DNA of 32,075 bases, taken from contig RFHL01000743.1 of assembly GCA_003696875.1 (NCBI GenBank), forward strand, positions 1 to 32,075. Direction: 5' to 3'. Of this stretch, positions 1-8,600 are shown piece by piece. The DNA comes from Bacteroidota bacterium (GTDB taxonomy: Bacteria; Bacteroidota; Bacteroidia; J057). How positions within the stretch are numbered: position 1 is the stretch's first letter; each line of letters starts with the position of its first letter. The translations under genes and the position numbers were made by a program. Under the pieces are notes generated by a model that saw only the letters and a program-made list of their open reading frames with translations, did not search any database and was not told where the DNA came from.

Positions 1-343
1 GCAATTAATTTTATTATTTTAATTTTTTATTGATTTTTATGGAACGACTTTTTATTTTGTTGTTAATACTTCATTAATGTCTGGGTTTGTTCGCCTCCAA
101 GCAGATAGCCATTGTGCTTTCGTGCCTCCCTTTTCGCCCCAATTGGGCTTGTAAGGGTTGAGGTTTGATCCGTTGGTAGACCATAGGTAAGCACCTGGGC
201 ATAAGTAGGAGGGTGGGATAAGGCTGTTATAGGGATGATAATCAGCCGCTTACTCTCTTAGATTTCGGTTCTGTCCATCTATCAAAGCCGGTGGGCAGAA
301 TGAAACGAGCACTTACAAACTGTCATTGAATCAGTCACGGCAA

Positions 344-371
344 GTTCTCCTCTGACTTCTCCCCTCTGCTT
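344..371. repeat. Pyrimidine-rich heptad array (gttctcc tctgact tctcccc tctgctt)
   Basis: Four consecutive 7-nt units of TCTNNNN type, read directly. The style matches the arrays at 23664-23705 and 24596-24630. Confidence 0.4.
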
Positions 372-549
372 GAATCCCGAGTATCGGGGACTTCTGGCCT
401 CTCGCATAAGGGTTGAAGGGAAGCGTGGTTTAGTCGCTTGCCGTTGTGTAAGAAGTTCAAATGAACAAGGTTTTGTGTTACGCCAAGGAGGTTTTCTGCA
501 CGTTATTCAAAACATTTCATTTTCAATTTTTACCTTTAATCCTTGTCCT

Positions 550-1371
550 ATGAAGCATGCGACGTTTGTATGTGCCTTGCTCGCGTTTGCTTGGGGGTGT
601 CAGCCTGTCTCAAGCCCCTCTCCACAAGGGGGGGCGAGTCCAGAGGTACAGGCCCTGATGGAATTACCTGTGATGACCGGGGGCGATCAGGTGGGTTCCC
701 TCAAGTTGCCTCAGGGAACCCGGGTAGAGGCCGCTGAAGACCGGCAGTCGGCCCGCTTTTTCCTGCCTTCGGGCTATGTCTTTATGTATACCGATCCCTC
801 GGGAACACTGGTCGAACTTGAGCAGGTCGTGTACACCTGTGACTGCAGTGGCGCGGGGGGATGCAATGTGTTTAAGTTTGGCACCGATTATGGATGTCTG
901 CAGGGGAGTTGTTTGGGGGCTTGCACCGGGGCTTTTCGGGATCCAGGAGACCCCGATCCAGAAGCACGCATTGCCGGAGAGGTAGCGATCGCGGATCTCA
1001 AAGGGGGAATCTCCTTTTTGACGGCGGATGCCTCAGATGCAGACCTGTTAAAACCGAGTCCTCTGTTGTTACAGAATCCTGTCATCCAGGAAAAATTGGC
1101 GCGCTTTCAGGCGGAGCGCCAGGCCGCAGATGCCTATGCCCGCTATCAAGGCTTATATGAAGAAGGGGCATACTTGTGGGCAATGGTGGATTTTTTTGGC
1201 ACGAAGCTGGCGTATCGAACCCCTTCCTACCTGGAGGTAACCAACGGGAACCCGCTGCGGGAAGTTCGCTGTCGTTGCAATTCTGGTCAGCCCGGTTGTA
1301 CATTGGTAGACTTTGGCGGTGGGGGTGGGTTTTATATCTGCGACGGTGGAGAATGTACCTCTGTTCTATGA
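550..1371 (+). CDS. Cys-rich secreted protein or putative lipoprotein, family not recognised
   Basis: Frame of tracked ORF 370..1371, which has a TTG start. The first ATG at 550 gives MKHATFVCALLAFAWGC, a hydrophobic signal peptide ending in Cys. All 11 Cys of the mature part lie in two similar modules (829-927 and 1264-1368). Confidence 0.7.
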   Translation: MKHATFVCALLAFAWGCQPVSSPSPQGGASPEVQALMELPVMTGGDQVGSLKLPQGTRVEAAEDRQSARFFLPSGYVFMYTDPSGTLVELEQVVYTCDCSGAGGCNVFKFGTDYGCLQGSCLGACTGAFRDPGDPDPEARIAGEVAIADLKGGISFLTADASDADLLKPSPLLLQNPVIQEKLARFQAERQAADAYARYQGLYEEGAYLWAMVDFFGTKLAYRTPSYLEVTNGNPLREVRCRCNSGQPGCTLVDFGGGGGFYICDGGECTSVL

Positions 1372-1425
1372 TTGATGGCTCGGGACCACCGCCGGGGGAA
1401 GATTAGGCAATAGGTGGGAAACCAG

Positions 1426-1462
1426 AACTCCCTGGGGCAGCAGGCGGCTGCCCCGGGGAGTT
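1426..1462 (+). terminator. GC-rich hairpin downstream of CDS 550..1371
   Basis: aactccctggggcagc (1426-1441), loop aggcg, gctgccccggggagtt (1447-1462). This is a 16-bp stem with one G-U pair, about 55 nt after the stop. There is no clear U-tract. Confidence 0.4.
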
Positions 1463-1880
1463 TGCTCATGATTTCCAAATTTCACAGTCTGCGCTTTTCG
1501 CATATTCCAAAATTTCTCCCGTAAAATAGTCTGATTTTCATGTGCCCTTGAGTCCTGGCTCAGAAAGGCTCCTGGCCGGCCATGGCCTTCTGGGGTTTTC
1601 GTTCAGGGGCGTTGGCCCGGCCATGAAGGCCGGGGGGGTAACGTCAGATTTCATTTTTTCGGGGCTTCGACGGGCTCACTTCGGCGAGCTCAGCACAGGC
1701 AGCCACCGAAAGAATGTTCCGATGCATCGGGAAGCCCGTCGAAGTGCCCGCATTTTTTAGCCATGGAAAGTTGACGTACATCCGACCGGGGTACCGCGGG
1801 CGTTTGGCTTGACAAAACCCTTGTCGGTCAGAGCAAAAGCGTGTATTTTTTCTTCCCCAAACGCGACAACCCCAAGACCC

Positions 1881-2342
1881 ATGACGCCCGCTCCCGAACT
1901 CCTGTTCAGCCTGCTGTCCTACAGCCCCGGCCCTTTTTGGCTGCTGATCCTCTTTCTGCCAACAAACCGCAAGGCCATGCTGGCCGTAGATGGATATCTG
2001 CTCCTTCTCAGCCTGCTCTTCGTCATCCAGACCCTCCCGGCCCTGGGCCACATTATTGGCATCATCTTCCAACCCGAATTTGAAGAGATGCGCGCCTTTA
2101 TCGGGTCGGAAGCGGGCTTCCTGGGTGCCTGGAACCACATGATCCTCGGCGACCTGTGGATCGGGCGCTGGGTGGCCCATGACTCGCTGCGTTTTGAACG
2201 TGCCTGGCTGATCCGCCTTCTTTTCATTCCCGTGATCCTGGTAGTGGGGCCTTTCGGGCTCTGCTTCTACCTCATCTTCCGCATGATCGCGACACGGAGT
2301 TTTGGTTTTCATACCTTATCGGATGCTGCCAAAGCCCCGTGA
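1881..2342 (+). CDS. DUF4281 (ABA4-like) family integral membrane protein
   Basis: Frame of ORF 1809..2342, with an ATG at 1881 (MTPAPELLFSLL...). It has several hydrophobic helices. The motif AWNHMILGDLWIGRWVAHD resembles the W-x-H-x-L-x-x-D-L-F/W-x-G-R-W signature of DUF4281. Confidence 0.65.
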   Translation: MTPAPELLFSLLSYSPGPFWLLILFLPTNRKAMLAVDGYLLLLSLLFVIQTLPALGHIIGIIFQPEFEEMRAFIGSEAGFLGAWNHMILGDLWIGRWVAHDSLRFERAWLIRLLFIPVILVVGPFGLCFYLIFRMIATRSFGFHTLSDAAKAP

Positions 2343-2389
2343 GAGGCTTTGGGCAACCCAAGTCCTTTTTTACGCCTAATCCCTGGTCC

Positions 2390-3280
2390 ATGCCCCCCAG
2401 CTTGCCTGCCCGCCTGACGGCGTCCCTGCTGAAAATCGTTGGCTTCAAGAAAATGGTTGAGAAGCAGGTGAAAAAGCCGATTTCCCGCTCGAAAAAGCCC
2501 TTTGCCCCGACGAAAATTGCGCGAAAATATGTCTGCGCTGTTCAGGAGATTCGGGGCAAAGACATCGCGACCTTCTCTCAGTCTGAGCAAGAGGGCCTGC
2601 CGCACCTGTTTTTCCTGCACGGTGGGGCCTACGTATTTGAGGCCTCTGGCCTCCACTGGGGCCTGGCCGAGAAGCTCGTGCAGGCCCTGGGCTGCCGGCT
2701 GACGCTGGTGGACTATCCCCTGGCGCCCGAGCACACGTACCGGGATACCTTTGCCATGGTGGAGGCGGCCTATGCGTATGTGCGGGAGACCTATCCCGCG
2801 GACCGGTTTGGGTTCCTGGGGGACTCGGCCGGAGCGGGCCTGGCGCTGGCGCTGGCCCAGAAACTGGCCCGATCCGGGCAGGGCCCACTACCCGAGCAAC
2901 TGATCCTGCTGTCTCCCTGGTTGGATATCACCATGCGCAATCCGGAGGCCCGGGCCCAGGAGGCAACGGATCACATCCTTACGCTGGAGATGCTCCGCCA
3001 TACTGGCCACTTGTATAGCGGAGGCGATGACCCGCAACAATATCTCCTCTCGCCCTTGCAGGGCGAGTTGGGAGGACTCCCCCCTACCCAAGTGTTTTAT
3101 AGCACGGAGGAGGTGTTCTATGCTGATTGCCGGGAGCTCGCCCGGCGGGCTGAGGCCGCCGGTGCCGACTTCACTTTTCATGAATATGCGGGCATGCCGC
3201 ATGATTGGGCGGTATTGCCCATCCCGGAGCGCCAGCGGACCGTTGCGGATATCAAGGCCTTCGTGCAGGCCCGCCTATAG
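2390..3280 (+). CDS. Alpha/beta hydrolase, hormone-sensitive-lipase-type esterase (fold-3)
   Basis: Contains the HGGAY oxyanion motif, the GDSAGAG nucleophile elbow and a C-terminal GMPHDW His. The start is uncertain: ATG 2390 is preferred, and GTG 2339 would overlap the upstream stop as GTGA. Confidence 0.85.
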   Translation: MPPSLPARLTASLLKIVGFKKMVEKQVKKPISRSKKPFAPTKIARKYVCAVQEIRGKDIATFSQSEQEGLPHLFFLHGGAYVFEASGLHWGLAEKLVQALGCRLTLVDYPLAPEHTYRDTFAMVEAAYAYVRETYPADRFGFLGDSAGAGLALALAQKLARSGQGPLPEQLILLSPWLDITMRNPEARAQEATDHILTLEMLRHTGHLYSGGDDPQQYLLSPLQGELGGLPPTQVFYSTEEVFYADCRELARRAEAAGADFTFHEYAGMPHDWAVLPIPERQRTVADIKAFVQARL

Positions 3281-4153
3281 GCGGTAGAGGGTATAGGTCC
3301 GGGACCAGGTCTGCCGTTCGCCTGGCGCCAGATTGATCTCGCAAAACAGCTCCGGGCTGATTACATGGCCCACGCCCCAGAGGTTGACCTTGGCGGCGTC
3401 GAAATCGCCTGCTTCGCGGATGCCGATCCCCTGGCGGACATTTTCCAGGCTCCAGGCCGCCTGTACCGGTGCCTCCCCCCCGAGCAGGCTGAAGAAAAAG
3501 GGTGTTTCGGGTGTGTGTTTGAATGAGATCTCCCTGGCCCCAAAGGTAACGACTTCGTGAGGGTTAAGGGCCTCGCCGTACGCACCGGGCTGCAGATCAA
3601 AAGGGAGGCGCAGCCGGTAGGCCGGGCCGGCGGGATCGCCGCCGGGCGCGATGAAATTATGGGTATACTCCTGGGTACGAAGCGGCCGGGTGCCGGTATT
3701 TTCCAGCTGATAGGCAATCCGAAAGCCGCTTTCCAGTAGGGAAATCTGTTTTTGCAGCCGGTAGGCATAGCCATTGACCGGCGCGGCGACAGCCCGGAGG
3801 CTGAGCCGGTCGGCGGCGGATTCGACCTGAAAATCGGCGGGCCGTATGGGATAGGGCTGGTAGAAGCGGTAGGCTTCCTGGTCCCTTTGCAGGGCCCCGA
3901 TCCCGATTTTGGGAAACCAGTCGCCGGGGGCGACGGCATCGTAGCCGATGGGTGTATCCAGCCCAAACTCATTGTAAAACCCCTGCCCAAAGCGGGGATC
4001 AGGCCCGCTCGGCTGTTCGCTGGTGGTGATAGGCAGTCCCTGGAAGCTCAGGTGGGCAATCTTGCCCGTCCAGTCGAAACGAGGCTGCTGGTAGCCCTCC
4101 CGGGGGAGATCAAGGGTCAGGCTTAGCTGGGCGTTGTGGAGTGTGTGGGGCAT
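3275..4153 (-). CDS. Hypothetical protein, family not recognised (possibly an all-beta carbohydrate-binding or mutarotase-like fold)
   Basis: A clean 292-aa ORF with an ATG start and ordinary composition. It lies 84 bp downstream of the anti-sigma-like gene on the same strand. The function is a guess. Confidence 0.7.
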   Translation of the reverse strand: MPHTLHNAQLSLTLDLPREGYQQPRFDWTGKIAHLSFQGLPITTSEQPSGPDPRFGQGFYNEFGLDTPIGYDAVAPGDWFPKIGIGALQRDQEAYRFYQPYPIRPADFQVESAADRLSLRAVAAPVNGYAYRLQKQISLLESGFRIAYQLENTGTRPLRTQEYTHNFIAPGGDPAGPAYRLRLPFDLQPGAYGEALNPHEVVTFGAREISFKHTPETPFFFSLLGGEAPVQAAWSLENVRQGIGIREAGDFDAAKVNLWGVGHVISPELFCEINLAPGERQTWSRTYTLYRL

Positions 4154-4237
4154 GAGGCAGGGGATTGGAACGCCAATATACAGCAGCGGGGGCGTTTCCC
4201 CAGCGATCAGCCGGGCCTGGTGCGCATCCCGGCGGGT

Positions 4238-4951
4238 TTATTCGGCCAGCTCCTCCAGCAGGCTACTGGCACCCGGGCCGTAGGTATCATCGGCGGCGAG
4301 CGCCTGGAAGACGGTACGGGCTGCCGGCAATTGCCCCAGCTTCAGGTAGGCCAGGCCCAGGTACCAAGCGGCATCCGTCTGGTAGGCCGATCCTTCTTTC
4401 TGGGTCAGGGGGGTAAGGTAATCGGCCGCGGCCGCCGCATTGCCCTGACCTAGCTCCGCTACTCCGGCAAAAAAACGGAGGGTATCGCTGGCGGTTTCCT
4501 GGGCCAGCAGGGGCTGCCAGTAGCTCAGGGCGCCGGCGTAGTCGCCCCGCTTATAGGCCACCATGCCTTCGGCCTGGCGCAGCGCGTCGGTCTCGCCCAG
4601 GGTGGTGGGCAGCCCGGGAGCCGGGCTGTAATGGGTCTCAAAGAGGGAGCGGTGCGGGGTCTGCCGCGGCCAGGCCCAGACCATGAGCAAGCAGATCGCC
4701 GCAGCGACGGCGAGGTAGGGCGTCGCCCGCGCCCAGAGGGGCCGCACCTGGGGCAGAGGTTTTGCCATCACCGCCGCCAGGGTTTGGCGGGCGCCCTCCA
4801 GCTCGATGGCCCCCAGCAATTGGCGGTGGGCCTCGAAGGTGACCCGCAGGGCATCATCGGCCGCGAGCTCGGCCTCAAGAGCCTGCCGCTCGGCCGGAGA
4901 GAGTTCTCCCCGCAGATAGGCGTCGATCCGTTCCATCAGTTCCTGTGTCAT
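4238..4951 (-). CDS. Putative single-pass anti-sigma factor with C-terminal TPR repeats
   Basis: The start overlaps the sigma gene stop (tcat at 4948-4951, which is ATGA on the minus strand). The N-terminus MTQELMERIDAYLRGELSPAERQALEAEL is typical of anti-sigma N-terminal helices and has no Zn ligands. There is one TM helix (YLAVAAAICLLMVWAW), followed by TPR-like repeats (AYKRGDYAGALSYW..., AWYLGLAYLKLGQL...). Confidence 0.75.
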   Translation of the reverse strand: MTQELMERIDAYLRGELSPAERQALEAELAADDALRVTFEAHRQLLGAIELEGARQTLAAVMAKPLPQVRPLWARATPYLAVAAAICLLMVWAWPRQTPHRSLFETHYSPAPGLPTTLGETDALRQAEGMVAYKRGDYAGALSYWQPLLAQETASDTLRFFAGVAELGQGNAAAAADYLTPLTQKEGSAYQTDAAWYLGLAYLKLGQLPAARTVFQALAADDTYGPGASSLLEELAE

Positions 4952-5520
4952 GGTTGTGTGTTTGCTTCGGGAAAAAGCTTCTTGAGGCGCTGCATGCAGC
5001 GATATTTTTCATTTTTGGCCGAGGCCTCTCCCAGCTGAAACGCCTCGGCGATCTCTTTCATCGACTGTTTCTCATAGTAAAAGCGCCGGAGGATCTCTTG
5101 GCAGCGCGCCCCCAGCTGGCCGAAACGCGCCTGGAAGGCAGCTTGTTCTTCCCGCTCAATCCAGTGGCTGAGCACATCATCCCCCTGACCGGTTTCGGGC
5201 AGGGTCTCCGGGAAGTACTCATAGCGGGTGCTGGCTTTCTTTTGCTGGTCCATCCATCGGCGTTTACAGATTTCGATCAGATAGGTGCTGAGTTTGGTGT
5301 GCTGGTGGAGGGTGTAGCGGCCCTCCCGGGCATTTTTCCACAAAGCCAGCACCCCTTCCTGGAAGACATCCCGGGCATCGTCCTCGTTGCCCCGGAAGCT
5401 TTTTACCTGCTTGCGTACGGCCGGGTACACCTGCCGGTACAAGTATTCGAAGGCTTGCCGGTTTCCCTTTGGGTCCAGTAGCCGGTCCATGATTTCCTGG
5501 TCCGAAAGCGCCTTTTGCAT
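4948..5520 (-). CDS. ECF-type RNA polymerase sigma-70 family factor
   Basis: Region 2 (YLYRQVYPAVRKQVKSFRGNEDDARDVFQEGVLALW) and a region 4 HTH (EKQSMKEIAEAFQLGEASAKNEKYRCMQRLKKL). At 190 aa it has no regions 1 or 3. Confidence 0.9.
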   Translation of the reverse strand: MQKALSDQEIMDRLLDPKGNRQAFEYLYRQVYPAVRKQVKSFRGNEDDARDVFQEGVLALWKNAREGRYTLHQHTKLSTYLIEICKRRWMDQQKKASTRYEYFPETLPETGQGDDVLSHWIEREEQAAFQARFGQLGARCQEILRRFYYEKQSMKEIAEAFQLGEASAKNEKYRCMQRLKKLFPEANTQP

Positions 5521-5624
5521 AGGGGCAAAAGATACGCTCCTTTTGACAGAGGAAAAAATAGGGCTGGCCAGTGCCGGGCCTTAACGGTAGATCGAGGCCG
5601 GCGGCAGAAGGTCATCACGTGGGG

Positions 5625-8600
5625 TCAGATTTTTTTTCTCCGGATGAGAAAGGCACCGGCCAGGGCCGCGATGGCCAGCAGGCCCAGACTCCACCACAGC
5701 CAGGTATAAGCGGGGCCGATCACAGCCGTATTCTGGCCGGTGAGGACGAGGCCTCCCCAGAAATACGGGGCAAGGCGGGATTCCGGGCTGTTTTGGAGAA
5801 AGGCCAGCTTGGCCTCCCGCAAGGCGGCAGCGGGGGGGGAGCCTGCCCGCAGGGCCGCATAGAAGGGCGTCAGCAAAAGCTGGGATTGCTCATCGTCGAT
5901 GGACCACAGGCTGTGGACCACACTGGGGCAGCCCGCATAGCGAAAGCCGTGGGCCAGAGAGAGCAGGCCCTCGCCCGGCTCGAAGGGGCCCAGGCCGGTC
6001 TCACAGGCGGTGAGAACGGCCAGCTGAGCCGGGAGCAGTTGCTGGTACAGCTCGTAGGTGTGCAGATAGCCATCGGATTCGCCCAGGGTATCGGGCGTCA
6101 GGGCGAGAAAGCTCATGAGCGGGTCGTCGTTTTGCAGGCGGGCATGGGTGCCAAAGTGGAGAATGGCGGCCCCGTAGGCCTCGGTCATGACGGCGGCCTC
6201 GGTGGCCTCGAAGCCGGTGAGGCCTTTGCCCCAACCCCGGTCGGCGAGCCCCTCCACAAAATCAAGCGACCAGGGGGTGGATAGCCAGTGGAGAAAGAGG
6301 GAATCCGGAGCTTGCCTCCCGGCGAGCCGGGCTTGATAGCGGGCCTTAAGCTCGGCGGTAAAGCCCGGCGCAATGCCGAGGATGCCGGTTCCCTCGCCGG
6401 AAAGGGGGCGCGGCGAAGGAAAAAACTGGTGGGCATAGTACAGCGCATGTTGCTGCAGCAGGTAGGCCGGTGACCCGCCAGAGGCGGGGGATTCGGTGAG
6501 CAGAAGCTCAAAGTTGAGGGTATAGAGGGGGCCGTCGGGCAGGATGCGCACGGTCTCGGGTAGGTCCCCATCCAGAGGCGCCCAGAGCCGCTGATGCAGG
6601 TAGTAGGCTAGCGGTTGCAGGCGGGCCGGTGGGGCAGGCTGGCGCAGCATGGCCACATAGCTCTGGAGGGAATCCCGAAAACCCGCTCCCAGCGGGAGGC
6701 TGTAGGTTTGGAAGCGGTCTGCATCGACCCGGAGGACCAGACAGGTCGAGTCGAGGTAGAGGTAGGCCAGCAAGGCCTCGTCGGGCAAGCTGTGCCGGAG
6801 ACTGGCGGGGTCCAGATCGGGGAGGGCATAGCGGGCCTGATGGTAGCCGGGAAAATCCCGCCGGAGCTGTCGCTGGTAGGCTTGCCAGGCCTCGTACACT
6901 GCGGTGCGCTGTGCCGGAGCCATGGCCTTGCCCTCTACTTCGCTACTCTGGTACATATACCGCAGTTGCTCCTCCAGCCGCTCACCGCGCCGTACCAGCG
7001 TGTCGGGGATGCCCGCAAATTGCATGGCCTCCCGCCGCTGCAGGGCGGCGCGGATGCTGCTGCCCCGCACGGCCTGCATGGCGTGCAGCAGGATTCGACG
7101 CCAGCTCGACACCTGGACCGGCTCTTCGGAGCTTAGGGCGAGGTGGGCCAGCCAGGCCAGCCGCCGGTACAAGCGCTGTACCTGAGGACTCCGCCCCTGC
7201 TGGCGGCTGCCCGGGGCAAAGAGTTGGAGATAATCGGGTAGCCAAAGCAGCCAGGCCTGAGCCAGCTGCTCGTAGCGGGTCCAGGCCGCGGCATGGTCGG
7301 GCATGCCAGGGCCAGCAGCCAGTTCCAACTGCAGGTCGATCAGGTCCAGAATGGGCGGCACCAGGGGCTCGATCCGGCCGTTGGCCTGGTTCCCGTCCAG
7401 GCCAACGGCGGCCCAGCCTTGGTCCAGATATGCCTGGGCACTATCCCGCCGGCCCAGTTCGGCAAAGGCCTGAGCCAGCTGGTGCAGGTTTTCCAGGGTA
7501 TGGGCATGGGTGGGGCCCCGGCGGGTACGATAGACGGACAGGGTTTGGCGCCACTGGGACAGGGCGGCCGGAAAGTGGCCCTGGCTCCAGTTGAGCTCGG
7601 CGAGCTCATAGGTGGCATCGGCCCACTTGCCCGACTGGGGGCCCAGAAGCTCGGTATACAGGGCCTGGGCCCGTTCCAGGGCGGGGCGGGCAGCGTGCTC
7701 CCGTCCTTCCTCCCGTGCGATGAGCCCCAGGTTATAGTAACTTTGGGCGATCGTCGCATGGGACTGCCGAAAGTAGGCCTGCCGCTCGGTCAGAGCCAGC
7801 CGAAACAGGGAGTCCGCCGCCTGATATTGTCCCATACCATGGTAGGTAGCACCGAGGCCGTCGAGCAAGTCGGCATACTCGGCGCTGGGCCGGTCCAGCA
7901 GGCTGTCGGCCATGGCCAGGGCCCGGCGGTTGTATACCGCTGCATTGGCCCAGTCCTCCAGCTTGACATAGAGGTAGGCGAGGTTGTAAAAGTTTTGGAT
8001 CAACAAACGGTGGCGGCCACCGGCCTGGTTGGCGGCCACCGCCTGCTGCAGGTAGTAGCGCGCTCCCGGGGCGTCACCCATATCCCCCCGGCTGACGCTG
8101 AGGTTGTTGGCGATGACGGCCCGGTGAGGATGGTCGGGCGGCAGGTTCCGGTTGAAGATCCGCCAGGCCTGGCGGGCCGCCGCGTCGGCTCCGGGGAGGT
8201 CCTCCAGCCCGTCGAGGACGATGTAGAGGGTATTGGCACCGTAGCCGAGCTCGAGGTCCAGGGAGTCAAAGAAAGCTGTACGCAGGGCATGGGCATACTC
8301 AATGGCCTGCCGGGCCGCTTGGCGCTCGTTTTGCTGGAGGTGCAGGAAGGCCTTGAGATCATAGGTCTTCCCCAGGAGGAGGGTATCGGCCAGGGCCGCT
8401 TCCTGCTGGACGGCCAGACTCTGGTCGATGAAGAACATGGCTGAATCGACCGTGCCGGTCTGGGCGTAGGCCAGGGCCAGGGTCTGTGCGCTCTGGGCGG
8501 TGAGCCGGGGGTAAGGCCGGGCGGCCCATATCCGGCGCAGGCGTGCTCGCGCCGGCGCAAAGTTTCCCATCTGTACCTCGCACAGCGCGACCTGGTACCG

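Noticed and set aside
1-370. A tRNA gene or att site explaining the AT-rich edge.
   Set aside because: I could not fold a cloverleaf and found no direct repeat pair within the window. The only ORF is a 42-codon minus-strand frame (74-202) of unknown meaning.
1542-2312. ORFs 1542..1760 (+) and 1644..2312 (-).
   Set aside because: The minus-strand ORF is mostly antisense to the DUF4281 gene. The plus-strand ORF has no start context and no protein-like features. I treated the region as non-coding.
6615-8444. Long plus-strand ORFs (6615..7136, 6629..7594, 7293..8444).
   Set aside because: They are antisense to the CHAT gene. They are Pro/Arg/Gly-rich, show no recognisable domains and overlap each other in different frames.
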